Assembly: GCA_018669975.1 (NCBI GenBank)
Contig: JABHSK010000007.1
Span: forward strand, 64,390 to 128,389
DNA from: Candidatus Parcubacteria bacterium
GTDB taxonomy: Bacteria > Patescibacteriota > Patescibacteriia > UBA1558 > GWA2-36-10
Reading direction: 5' to 3'
DNA length: 64,000 bases
Shown: positions 26,166 to 34,740 of the stretch, one piece after another
How the letters are laid out: the number at the start of each line of letters is the position of its first letter
Numbering within the stretch: the stretch's first letter is position 1
Notes under the pieces: generated by a model
What the model was told of the DNA's origin: nothing
The model's input: only the letters and a program-made list of their open reading frames with translations
The model's database searches: none
Position numbers and translations under genes: made by a program

Positions 26166-26282
26166 TGTGGATAAATGCAGGCTTTTTATACATTGACATT
26201 TTGGCGAACGGTGGGGTATAATGTATCTACGAACCACAAAAGTGGAAAAAAGTGGGGAATTTATAAAGCTATCTGTGGATAA
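26166..26282 (+). promoter_or_regulatory. dcw promoter with two perfect DnaA boxes and MraZ-type GTGG repeats
   Basis: TGTGGATAA at 26166-26174 and 26274-26282. TTGACA(26193)-18 bp-TATAAT(26217). GTGG at 26211, 26242 and 26252. Confidence 0.75.
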
Positions 26283-26284
26283 CT

Positions 26285-26716
26285 ATGTTTATTGGCGAGT
26301 ATAAATATAATTTAGATACAAAGAATCGCTTGGCTATGCCAAGTAAGTTTCGCAATTTGTTTAAAGACGGGGCAGTTATTACTAAAGGTTTAGATAATTG
26401 TCTTTTTGTTTATACTACTAAAGAATGGAAGAAATTAGCCGACAAGTTAGCCAACCTACCTTTTTCTCAGGCTAAGTCCCGTGCTTTTTCCCGTATGATG
26501 TTGGCTGGAGCTATGGATGTAAAGATAGATAAATTGGGTCGAGTTATCCTACCAGATTATTTGAAGCAATTTGCTAGCTTAAATAAAAAGGTGGTTTTAG
26601 CTGGTTTGTATAATCGTTTAGAGGTTTGGGATGAAAAGATGTGGAATAAGTATCAACGTACTTCTGAAAAAGATAGCAATGAGATAGCTGAAGGATTGGT
26701 AGATTTAGGTATTTAA
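26285..26716 (+). CDS. mraZ: Division/cell wall cluster transcriptional repressor MraZ
   Basis: MFIGEY...DTKNRLAMP, DKLGRV.LP, LEVWD. Confidence 0.97.
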   Translation: MFIGEYKYNLDTKNRLAMPSKFRNLFKDGAVITKGLDNCLFVYTTKEWKKLADKLANLPFSQAKSRAFSRMMLAGAMDVKIDKLGRVILPDYLKQFASLNKKVVLAGLYNRLEVWDEKMWNKYQRTSEKDSNEIAEGLVDLGI

Positions 26717-26717
26717 T

Positions 26718-27692
26718 ATGCCAGTTGAATATCAGCATATTAGCGTGCTCAAACAGGAGATATTGGAGCTTATGAAACCTCAGCCAGGGCAACACTTTAT
26801 AGATGGTACTTTGGGTGGTGGAGGACATACAGAGAGCATATTAGAGCAAACATCACCAGATGGAAAAGTATTAGCTTTTGAGCTCGACGATAGAGCCATT
26901 AAAGCTGCTAAGAAAAGATTAAAGAAATATCAGGAAAGATTAATAATAGTTCATAAAAGTTACGTTCATTTAAAGCAGGAATTTAAAAAACATACAAAGG
27001 AATTTAAAAAGCCTTCAGGCATTATACTTGATTTGGGATTATCATCAGATCAACTTGACCGAGCCGATCGTGGTTTTTCTTTCAAGGATCATGGATCACT
27101 GGACATGAGATTTGATAAGAAAGGTCAAACATTAACCGCATCAGATATTATTTTGACGTGGCCTGAAGATAAATTGATCAAAATCTTCCGTGAGTATGGC
27201 GAGGTGAAACAGTCAAAACGACTGGCCAAGGGATTTATTCTCTGGCGTCAAACTTTAGTTAAACAAAAACAAAAAATGCTAAAGACTTCCATGCTTGTCT
27301 ACGTCATACTCCGGATTTTGAATATAAAACCCGATAGTGTAAAGAGGTTTAGAAAACATCCAGCTACCCAAGTATTTCAGAGTTTACGTATCGCTGTAAA
27401 CGGTGAGCTAGATAATTTACAATCAGTTTTACCACAAGCTATCGAAGTGTTACCAACGGGAGGCCGCTTGGCGGTCATCAGTTTTCATTCCCTTGAAGAT
27501 CGAATAGTAAAGCGTTATTTTAAAAAATTAGCCCAGAACTGTATCTGTCCACCAACCAATCCGATTTGTAATTGTGACAATGAAGCACAGGTTAAACTGG
27601 TTAATAAGCGGGCTATCAAGCCTAGTCAGGCAGAAATAACTAGCAATCCGCGAAGTCGTAGCGCTATTCTTAGAGTGATAGAGAAAGTATAA
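26718..27692 (+). CDS. rsmH: 16S rRNA m4C1402 methyltransferase RsmH
   Basis: DGTLGGGGH, DLGLSS, LDMR, SFHSLEDR, NPRSRSA. Confidence 0.97.
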   Translation: MPVEYQHISVLKQEILELMKPQPGQHFIDGTLGGGGHTESILEQTSPDGKVLAFELDDRAIKAAKKRLKKYQERLIIVHKSYVHLKQEFKKHTKEFKKPSGIILDLGLSSDQLDRADRGFSFKDHGSLDMRFDKKGQTLTASDIILTWPEDKLIKIFREYGEVKQSKRLAKGFILWRQTLVKQKQKMLKTSMLVYVILRILNIKPDSVKRFRKHPATQVFQSLRIAVNGELDNLQSVLPQAIEVLPTGGRLAVISFHSLEDRIVKRYFKKLAQNCICPPTNPICNCDNEAQVKLVNKRAIKPSQAEITSNPRSRSAILRVIEKV

Positions 27693-27715
27693 TATAAAAT
27701 AAAATAATAATTCCC

Positions 27716-28036
27716 ATGCAAAAATCACCAAAAGTTACAAATTTTTGGCACGGAGTAAAAAAATACAACACTCCAATAGTATTTTTTATTATCTTGTTCT
27801 GGACTATGATGCTGGTATCCAGTAATTATGCCAATAGTCAGAATTTAGAGAGAAACGATCTCACTAAGAATATTAGAGTGATTGAAGATGAAATTAGGTT
27901 GCTCAATACTACGGTTGGTGAATTACAGACTACGGAGAGGTTAGAAAATGAAAGCCAAAGATTAGACTTGGTGAAAATACAAACAAAAGACATTTATTAT
28001 ATTGATCAGACAAACGAAAAAGTTGCTTTAAAATAA
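27716..28036 (+). CDS. ftsL: FtsL-like cell division protein
   Basis: One TM followed by a coiled coil. Located between rsmH and ftsI. Confidence 0.6.
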   Translation: MQKSPKVTNFWHGVKKYNTPIVFFIILFWTMMLVSSNYANSQNLERNDLTKNIRVIEDEIRLLNTTVGELQTTERLENESQRLDLVKIQTKDIYYIDQTNEKVALK

Positions 28037-28054
28037 TAACGATTGTGATATAGT

Positions 28055-29863
28055 ATGCACTTTTCCCGAAGTAATAATTACCAGATATCTACTGTTAGAA
28101 TAAATATCCTGCAAGGGGGTATTTTTTTCTTGATGCTCTTAATGATTGGGCGTTTATTTTATGTGCAGATTATTCAAAATGATTATTATGCTGGATTAGG
28201 AGCGGAGCAACGTTCAGTTATTAAAAATATTCAACCAGAAAGAGGACGTATTTTTTCTTTAGTAGATAGTGCTAGCGCTATTGATGACTTGTATCCTTTA
28301 GCAGTTAATAAGGTTTATTATGAAATTGGTGTTGCACCTGCTAAAATTAGTCGTCCACAAAATGTGACGGATATCTTCGTCGAAGTATTGGAGCTAGAAG
28401 AGGAGGAGGTGCTAGCTAAAGTTAAAAAAGATTCTAGGCGTTACGAGGTTTTAGCTAGGGAGGCTCCTAGAGAAAAAGCTGAGCAGTTGCAGGTTAAACT
28501 AGAAGAACTTAGGTTTGATATTAATAAAGATAAGTCAGAGGAAGAACAAGTGCAGAGCCTGGAGGACATGGGAATAAGTTTTACCAAGAACATATTACGT
28601 TTTTATCCTGACAAAGAAATTGGTGCGCATATTTTGGGATTTTTAGGCTATGGCAATGATGGTTATTCTAGGGTTGGTAAATATGGCTTGGAAGGGTATT
28701 TCGAAAGTGATTTAGCTGGATATTTTGGACAGGTGATAGGTGAGGCAGATGTGGCTGGTCGTTTATTAGCTGACAATGATGGTAAACCAGTCCAAAACGG
28801 AGCAGATTTAGTATTAACCATTGATCGTACGGTTCAATACTCCACTTGTAAGGCTCTAGAAAAGGCTGTAGCTCGCTATGAGGCTGAAAGTGGTACAGTT
28901 ATTATCATGGACACTGAAACGGGCGCTATTCGAGCTATGTGTAATTATCCTAGTTTTGATCCTAATCAATATAATCAAGTAGAGACCGCAGAGGTCTTTA
29001 ATAATAATGCCGTTTATCATGTATATGAGCCAGGGTCAGTAATGAAGTCTATAGCCATGGCTATAGCAGTGGATCAGGGTAAAGTATCTCCGAGTACTAC
29101 TTATAATGATGAGGGTGAAATAAAATTTGCCGGAGGACAAGTGATCAGGAATGCCGGTAATAAAAAATATGGCTGGGTAGACATGAAGGAAGTACTGGCA
29201 GCTTCTATTAATACTGGTATCATTGAAGCCACCTCTGATATAAACAATAAGATTTTTGAGGACTACATGAAAAAGTTTGGTTTTGGTGAAAAGGTTGGTA
29301 TTAATATTAGCCAGGATAGTATGGGGGATATATCTTCTTTATCTAAAAAGGGGGATATATATAAAGCCACTGGATCCTATGGTCAAGGTTTGACGGTTAC
29401 TCCTTTACAGATGCTTAGTGCTATAAACGCCATAGCTAATCGTGGTAAACTGGTACAGCCTTATATGGTTAGTCAGATTATGTATAGTGATGAGATTATA
29501 GAGGACGTAGAACCCAAGGTGATCAGAGAGGTTATATCTAGTGGTTCGGCTGCACAGATATCAGCTATGATGGTGAATGTAGTTGATAGTGGACACGCCA
29601 GTAAGGCAGCTGTAGAGGGGTATTATGTGGCTGGCAAGACTGGTACTGCACAAGTTGCTAATCCAGAAACTGGTAAATATTTTGCAGATAAAACTATACA
29701 TAATTTTGTTGGTTTTGCACCAAATGAAAACCCTAAGTTTACTATGATTACTAAACTTGACTATCCTAGCGCAGCGCGCTATTCTGCCGATACTGCTGCT
29801 CCATTGTTTGGCGAGATAGCTAAATTTCTGTTAGAATATTATCAAATACCACCCAATAGATAA
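28055..29863 (+). CDS. ftsI: Class B penicillin-binding protein (FtsI/PBP2 family)
   Basis: YEPGSVMK (SxxK), SIN, GKTGTAQ. dcw context. Confidence 0.9.
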   Translation: MHFSRSNNYQISTVRINILQGGIFFLMLLMIGRLFYVQIIQNDYYAGLGAEQRSVIKNIQPERGRIFSLVDSASAIDDLYPLAVNKVYYEIGVAPAKISRPQNVTDIFVEVLELEEEEVLAKVKKDSRRYEVLAREAPREKAEQLQVKLEELRFDINKDKSEEEQVQSLEDMGISFTKNILRFYPDKEIGAHILGFLGYGNDGYSRVGKYGLEGYFESDLAGYFGQVIGEADVAGRLLADNDGKPVQNGADLVLTIDRTVQYSTCKALEKAVARYEAESGTVIIMDTETGAIRAMCNYPSFDPNQYNQVETAEVFNNNAVYHVYEPGSVMKSIAMAIAVDQGKVSPSTTYNDEGEIKFAGGQVIRNAGNKKYGWVDMKEVLAASINTGIIEATSDINNKIFEDYMKKFGFGEKVGINISQDSMGDISSLSKKGDIYKATGSYGQGLTVTPLQMLSAINAIANRGKLVQPYMVSQIMYSDEIIEDVEPKVIREVISSGSAAQISAMMVNVVDSGHASKAAVEGYYVAGKTGTAQVANPETGKYFADKTIHNFVGFAPNENPKFTMITKLDYPSAARYSADTAAPLFGEIAKFLLEYYQIPPNR

Positions 29864-29874
29864 AAGTAAAGAAA

Positions 29875-31140
29875 ATGAAGAAAGTTCTACATTTTATATT
29901 AAAAATATTAGCTAAATTGGTGATTAGAAAATATCAACCAAAGGTTGTTGGTATTACGGGTAGTGTGGGAAAGACCTCTGCTAAAGAGGCTGTTTATTGT
30001 GTATTAAAAGATAATTTTAAGACACGTCGTAGTGTCAAAAATTATAATAATGAAATTGGCACACCATTGACTATTTTAGGTTGGAGTAACTCACCTGGTA
30101 AGAATTTATTTAGGTGGTTAGTTTTACTTGTGCGTTCCATAAAGTTAATTGTTCGTAAAGATACAAATTATCCGGAAGTCTTAATTTTAGAAATGGGAGC
30201 AGATCGTCCAGGAGACATCAAATATTTGATTTCTATTGCCAAGCCAAATATAGCAGTGATGACTGCCATTGGTCCTAGTCATATTGAGTATTTTGGTAGT
30301 CTTAAAAAAATTGTTAAAGAAAAAAGTAGCATTTTGAAAGATCTAAAGGATAAGGATTGGGCTATTATCAATCGAGATGATCCCGAGTTAAGTGGAGTAA
30401 TTGATGATATTAAAAATAATTTACTGACTTTTGGACAAAGAGAGGATAGTGATATTCATTTAATGGATGTGAAAATCACCAAGAGGGATGAAAAGTATGG
30501 CACTAGTTTTAAATTGAGAAATAAGGGTTCAGAGGTGCCAATGTTTTTACCAGCAGTGCTAGGTTGGCAACATGCTCAGGCAGCGGCCACTGCTTGTGCG
30601 GTAGGGGTAGCATTGGGGTTAAATATGGTAGAAATAAGCAAGAGCCTAAGTGAGTACGAACCAGCTCGTGGGCGTACTAATCTTATTTCAGGAGTAAAAT
30701 ATAGTCAGATTATTGATGATACCTATAATGCCTCACCGCAGTCTTCAAAAGTTGCTCTTAATATTTTGGCAGAGTTTCCTTCGGAGGGTAGAAAGATAGC
30801 AGTTTTTGGTGATATGTTGGAGCTAGGTGAAATGAGTGAAGAAGGGCATCGTGAAGTTGGCCGGGATCTAGTTAAGTTAGGAGTTGATTATTTATTTGTA
30901 ATAGGCGAAAGAGCTAGAGATATATCTAGAGCCGCTAAAGAATCTGGTATGCCAGAAGACAAAATTTTTCATTTCCCCTTTACTATGGAGGCAGGAGTAT
31001 TTTTGCAGGAAAGAATAAAGCCAGGTGATGTTATCCTGGTCAAGGGTTCTCGTGGTTCTAAAATGGAGCAAATGGTTTATGAAATTATGGCTAAGCCTTG
31101 GGAATCTAGAGAGTTATTAGTTGGACCAGTTATCAAATAA
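29875..31140 (+). CDS. murF: UDP-MurNAc-tripeptide D-Ala-D-Ala ligase
   Basis: GITGSVGKTS, NNEIG, DDTYNASP, GDMLELG, LVKGSRG. Confidence 0.95.
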   Translation: MKKVLHFILKILAKLVIRKYQPKVVGITGSVGKTSAKEAVYCVLKDNFKTRRSVKNYNNEIGTPLTILGWSNSPGKNLFRWLVLLVRSIKLIVRKDTNYPEVLILEMGADRPGDIKYLISIAKPNIAVMTAIGPSHIEYFGSLKKIVKEKSSILKDLKDKDWAIINRDDPELSGVIDDIKNNLLTFGQREDSDIHLMDVKITKRDEKYGTSFKLRNKGSEVPMFLPAVLGWQHAQAAATACAVGVALGLNMVEISKSLSEYEPARGRTNLISGVKYSQIIDDTYNASPQSSKVALNILAEFPSEGRKIAVFGDMLELGEMSEEGHREVGRDLVKLGVDYLFVIGERARDISRAAKESGMPEDKIFHFPFTMEAGVFLQERIKPGDVILVKGSRGSKMEQMVYEIMAKPWESRELLVGPVIK

Positions 31141-31186
31141 GATTGACCTTTATCTGATTTTCTGTTAAAAATATACTTGTTTTTAT

Positions 31187-31261
31187 GGCCCCATCGTCTA
31201 GTGGCTAGGACGCCAGGTTCTCATCCTGGTAACCGGAGTTCGATTCTCCGTGGGGTCACCA
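31187..31261 (+). tRNA. tRNA-Glu (anticodon CTC)
   Basis: Cloverleaf GGCCCCA...TGGGGTC-A-CCA, anticodon arm CCAGG-TTCTCAT-CCTGG, T-loop GTTCGAT. Confidence 0.97.
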
Positions 31262-31264
31262 CCA

Positions 31265-31297
31265 CAAAAACACTTCTAATTTAGGGGTGATTTTTTG
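31265..31297 (+). terminator. Terminator after tRNA-Glu
   Basis: CACTTCTA-att-TAGGGGTG followed by a T-tract. Confidence 0.6.
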
Positions 31298-31302
31298 ATA
31301 AT

Positions 31303-31460
31303 AAAAAAAGGCCCGTCAAAGCCTTTGTGTAGAATTAGGACTGATATGACGGGCTGGGTTTCGGGCATTTTGGGCACCCCTTTGGTCGTGAGTACACGAT
31401 TTTCAGGAATCTGTACCTTTCATGCACGGGCTGTTTCGAAACAACCCTATCGAACAGCAC
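31303..31460 (-). ncRNA. Candidate small structured RNA of unknown family
   Basis: Minus-strand TTGACA-17-TAATCT promoter (31493-31465), several GC-rich hairpins, terminal GCCCGTCA/TGACGGGC stem plus T7. No convincing ORF. Confidence 0.45.
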
Positions 31461-31518
31461 ATATAGATTAGCATATATTGGTAATTTTGTCAATAGCTAT
31501 AGGGTTTTGGTAGTTAAT

Positions 31519-31733
31519 TTGACATAAATAGTACATTATGTTATAAATAAAATACAATTAATAAATATTATGAATTTACACAGAATTGCCCAATTTAATA
31601 TGTACTGGTGTGATGTCACCAAGTCTAAATCAGGGAACCCAAAGCAACTGGGGCAATTTTTGTATGTTATGAAAAAGTAAGTATTTTTTGAATCGTGATA
31701 TAGAAAAACTGCCTCAGTCCGAGGCAGTTTTTT
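31519..31733 (+). promoter_or_regulatory. Promoter and attenuator-like leader upstream of the GNAT gene
   Basis: TTGACA-17-TATAAA (31519-31547), 36-codon leader ORF 31570-31680, terminator AAAAACTGCCTC-agtcc-GAGGCAGTTTTT (31704-31732). Confidence 0.55.
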
Positions 31734-31762
31734 GTTGGTTCTTTCAAAGAAAGAGGAGTGTC

Positions 31763-32335
31763 ATGAGTGATAGAGTGATTTTTCTCAAAGGTAAAAAGGT
31801 TATTATGCGGCCCATGAATCAGGAAACTGATATGGCTGATTTTCAGCGCTGGATCAATGATCCTGAAATCAGGCGGTTTTTGACCGGTTGCATGCCTATT
31901 TCTATGCAGCAGGAGGAAAAATGGTTTGATGCCTTGCCAGATCGTCATGGACATATTGCTTTAGCAATTGAGACCATCGAAGATGGTGTTTTGATTGGCA
32001 ATATGGCTTTGCATAATATTAATTGGATTTCTGGGACAGCAGTCACCGGTGCTTTGATTGGTAATATTGAGTATCAAGGCAGAGGGTATGGTACTGACGC
32101 CAAGATGACCTTGTTGAATTATGCCTTCAATACTTTGGGCTTGCGAAAGGTGTGCTCAGAAGTATTGGATTTTAATGGACGTAGCTTGCGTTACGCTGCT
32201 AAATGCGGGTATAAGGAAGAGGGTAGGTTGGTCCAACACAACTTGTTTAATGGAAAGTATTATGACAATGTTTTGTTGGCAGTTTTCAGAGAAGATTGGT
32301 TGCCTTTGTGGGAAAAATATCAGTTGCAAGATTAA
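31763..32335 (+). CDS. GNAT N-acetyltransferase, RimJ/RimL/SpeG-like
   Basis: YQGRGYGT acetyl-CoA motif, YAFNTLGLRKV, GYKEEG. SD GAGGAG before ATG 31763. Confidence 0.9.
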   Translation: MSDRVIFLKGKKVIMRPMNQETDMADFQRWINDPEIRRFLTGCMPISMQQEEKWFDALPDRHGHIALAIETIEDGVLIGNMALHNINWISGTAVTGALIGNIEYQGRGYGTDAKMTLLNYAFNTLGLRKVCSEVLDFNGRSLRYAAKCGYKEEGRLVQHNLFNGKYYDNVLLAVFREDWLPLWEKYQLQD

Positions 32336-32342
32336 GCTTGTT

Positions 32343-32376
32343 AGCCCTACGTCAGTTTGACGTGGGGCTTTATTTT
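32343..32376 (+). terminator. Intrinsic terminator after the GNAT gene
   Basis: AGCCCTACGTCA-gtt-TGACGTGGGGCT followed by T. Confidence 0.75.
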
Positions 32377-32429
32377 AGTATAAGATAAATACAGCCAGCA
32401 CCAAGCCCTTTAAACCAGGAGGAAAATCC

Positions 32430-32609
32430 ATGGCCACTAAGAATAAAGGGCCTCGGAAGAGGTCTCCGTATGGTTTGGGCAAAAGACCGCCCAAAAGTTT
32501 CCGTAAATGGTTGAGAAGTTTATCCCGCTCAGAAATTCGTGAGCTTCGTGAAGAGATGTATTTGAGGAGACAAGAAAGGAGAGTTAAACTTGATAGCTAT
32601 GAACCATGA
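32430..32609 (+). CDS. Small basic hypothetical protein (59 aa, not in the ORF track)
   Basis: SD AGGAGG, ATG 32430, MATKNKGPRKRSPYGLGKRPPKSFRKWLRS...YEP*, followed by its own terminator. Confidence 0.65.
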   Translation: MATKNKGPRKRSPYGLGKRPPKSFRKWLRSLSRSEIRELREEMYLRRQERRVKLDSYEP

Positions 32610-32613
32610 TTCT

Positions 32614-32646
32614 CTACCCTGTTAATTCAACAGGGTATTTTTTTTT
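32614..32646 (+). terminator. Intrinsic terminator
   Basis: TACCCTGTT-aattc-AACAGGGTA followed by T9. Confidence 0.8.
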
Positions 32647-32648
32647 GC

Positions 32649-32714
32649 AAAAAAAAATCCGTCGGATGCCTAAGTTGGTTAACTGTTTGTATTGGCATTA
32701 TAAACATCCGACGG
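32649..32714 (-). terminator. Long hairpin terminator of the minus-strand orphan gene
   Basis: TCCGTCGGATG...CATCCGACGGA inverted repeat with an A-tract on the + strand (U-tract on the - strand). Confidence 0.65.
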
Positions 32715-32721
32715 ACGCGTC

Positions 32722-33195
32722 CTAATTACTAGCTACAGTTTCTTCCTTTTTACGGGATTTTTGTTTGATAGGAGACGTCACTTGACGTCGGCTCTTGGTC
32801 GTTCCTGGTTGATCCACGGTAGCCGTGGTTTGACCACAAGATCCACTACCATTGACGCAGTGCTTGAGTTCCACCTTAATTTCGGCGAAATATTGATGCT
32901 TGAGCATCGCATTGGTCGGACTGGTGTAGAGTTGGTGAACGAGTTTTCGAGCCAGAATAAACTGATCGGGGTGATCTCTGAGGCGTCTCAGATCATTAAG
33001 AATGCTTGGCATGGAATGGTATACCAGGTTCAGGCATTTGTGATCTGCACTCCAAAGAGCGCGAATTACCTTGGCGATCGGAGCGATATCAGCTTGTGTG
33101 CGTGGGTATTTTTTTGCCCCCAGTAGACTGATCATGCCTCTCCAAATTGCGCTAGGTAACTGCCCCGTTGTGGGGTTTTGAGTTTCTCGTGCCAC
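32722..33195 (-). CDS. Hypothetical protein (157 aa)
   Basis: GTG start after GGGGG, upstream TTGACT promoter and downstream terminator. No motif recognised. Confidence 0.55.
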   Translation of the reverse strand: MARETQNPTTGQLPSAIWRGMISLLGAKKYPRTQADIAPIAKVIRALWSADHKCLNLVYHSMPSILNDLRRLRDHPDQFILARKLVHQLYTSPTNAMLKHQYFAEIKVELKHCVNGSGSCGQTTATVDQPGTTKSRRQVTSPIKQKSRKKEETVASN

Positions 33196-33384
33196 GTTTC
33201 CCCCAGACTTAGTCTAGTTTTGTAATTTATGTTGACTGGTTAGAGTCAACGCTCCTCCTTGAGACAGTTTACAAACCACCCCCTTTCAATAGCTAGGTGT
33301 TATAAAGGACGCTTAATATAATTAATGAATAATATATTATAACACTGATTTAGTCAATATTTGTAAATATGCTATAATTAAAAC

Positions 33385-34122
33385 ATGAAAAAAGCTTTTA
33401 TTTTTGTAGTTTCTTTATTTTTGATGATACCTATTTGGTCACAAGCGCAGACTTTTGAGGATGCTGATCATGATGGTTTATCTAATATTGAAGAGATTGA
33501 GAGGTACCACACTGATCCATATAACGAAGATACAGATGGTGATGGTTATGTGGATAGTTTAGAGGTGTCTAATGGTTATTCTCCTAGGCATGGAGACTCT
33601 CAACGTTTGATTAGTGTGGATTCTGATAAGGATTACCTCAATGATGCTTGGGAATTAGTATTGGGTACAGGTCTGATGAATCCAGATTCAGATGGAGATT
33701 TGTATTTAGATGGCACAGAGGTTGCTGCTAGTTATGATCCTTTGAATGCTCAGCCAGTGAAATTAGACAAACTTATTAAAGTTAGCTTAGATGAACAGCG
33801 CTTAGAGTATTTTTTTGGTGGAAAGTTATTGGATTCATTTTTAATATCCAGTGGTTTAGATAGTATGCCAACGCCAGTAGGAGAGTTTAAAATATTAGAT
33901 AAAGTACCAGTCAAGCATTATGGTGGTGGTGATTATGATTATCCTAATACTAAATGGAATCTACATTTTACTACACAACGTTATAGATATTATATACACG
34001 GTGCCTATTGGCATGATAATTTTGGTGAACAGATGAGCCATGGCTGTGTTAATGTGGATTATGAACACATGGAGCCACTTTATTGGTGGTCTCAATATAA
34101 TACTAAAATTATTATTGAATAG
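33385..34122 (+). CDS. L,D-transpeptidase (YkuD family) with DxDxDG calcium-binding repeats
   Basis: Signal peptide, DADHDG/DTDGDG/DSDGD repeats, PTPVG, IHGAYWH...SHGCVN. Confidence 0.9.
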   Translation: MKKAFIFVVSLFLMIPIWSQAQTFEDADHDGLSNIEEIERYHTDPYNEDTDGDGYVDSLEVSNGYSPRHGDSQRLISVDSDKDYLNDAWELVLGTGLMNPDSDGDLYLDGTEVAASYDPLNAQPVKLDKLIKVSLDEQRLEYFFGGKLLDSFLISSGLDSMPTPVGEFKILDKVPVKHYGGGDYDYPNTKWNLHFTTQRYRYYIHGAYWHDNFGEQMSHGCVNVDYEHMEPLYWWSQYNTKIIIE

Positions 34123-34125
34123 AGC

Positions 34126-34437
34126 ATGAGATTTATTGTAGTATTTGTAACTTTATTTTTTTTAGCTAATATTCCTAATGTTTTAGCTGCTCCTGATTTT
34201 TCAGTAGAAACAGAACTTTGTAAGAGCACAGCGGGCATGGTTGATGTGGAATACAAGGTAGGCTTTAGATGTATCTGTCCAGAAAAATATAAGTGGTTTG
34301 ATGGCTTGGGTTGTTTGACTTCAAGTTCGGGTGTTGTTGATTATAGTAGTCATTATAATTTGATTGTATTATTAGCTGTAATTGGAATATTAATGTCAGT
34401 ATTCTTATACATATTTTTGATGTATAGAAAACAATAG
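34126..34437 (+). CDS. Secreted, C-terminally anchored Cys-containing hypothetical protein
   Basis: Signal peptide, C..CICP...GC, C-terminal TM and basic tail. Confidence 0.6.
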   Translation: MRFIVVFVTLFFLANIPNVLAAPDFSVETELCKSTAGMVDVEYKVGFRCICPEKYKWFDGLGCLTSSSGVVDYSSHYNLIVLLAVIGILMSVFLYIFLMYRKQ

Positions 34438-34464
34438 TTTAATTAATGATTAACAAATAAATAT

Positions 34465-34686
34465 ATGAAAAAATTATCATGTTCCGCTATGGGTGGTGGT
34501 GATAAATGTCAGGAGATTTTTGAGGGTGAAACAGCCGAAGAACTCCTGGAAAAGGCTACTAAGCATGTAATGGAGGCTCCAATTCATGAAGATTTAAGAC
34601 AAGAGATGGCTAGTCAAGATGAAGCAGGAAAAGCTAAATGGATGGAATCTTATAATAAGCTTTGGGAGGAGACTCTAGAAGTATAA
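34465..34686 (+). CDS. DUF1059-like small metal-binding protein
   Basis: LSC..MGG..C...GET.EE....KH....H. Confidence 0.75.
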   Translation: MKKLSCSAMGGGDKCQEIFEGETAEELLEKATKHVMEAPIHEDLRQEMASQDEAGKAKWMESYNKLWEETLEV

Positions 34687-34730
34687 AAAAATATCCGCGT
34701 CCTGAGCGTAGTCGAGGGGCGCGGTTTTTT
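34686..34730. repeat. Bidirectional terminator whose core is a REP-like CCTGAGCGTAGTCGA(G)GG element
   Basis: CCGCGTCC-TGAGCGTAGTCGA-GGGGCGCGG flanked by A and T tracts between convergent genes. Confidence 0.6.
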
Positions 34731-34740
34731 AATTAAAATT

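Noticed and set aside
26100-26284. Replication origin
   Set aside because: Only two perfect DnaA boxes, no dnaA/dnaN nearby and no evident unwinding-element repeats. Better explained as a promoter.
31303-31460. SRP RNA, tmRNA or RNase P
   Set aside because: It lacks the SRP GGAA-loop/AGCAG motif, tRNA-like ends and RNase P conserved regions. 6S RNA cannot be excluded without a covariance search.
32761-33126. 121-aa plus-strand ORF
   Set aside because: It is the antisense shadow of the minus-strand ORF, which has the promoter, ribosome-binding site and terminator.
31262-33360. Prophage or integrative element at tRNA-Glu
   Set aside because: No integrase or phage genes, and I did not find a duplicated tRNA 3' end (att site) in the window.
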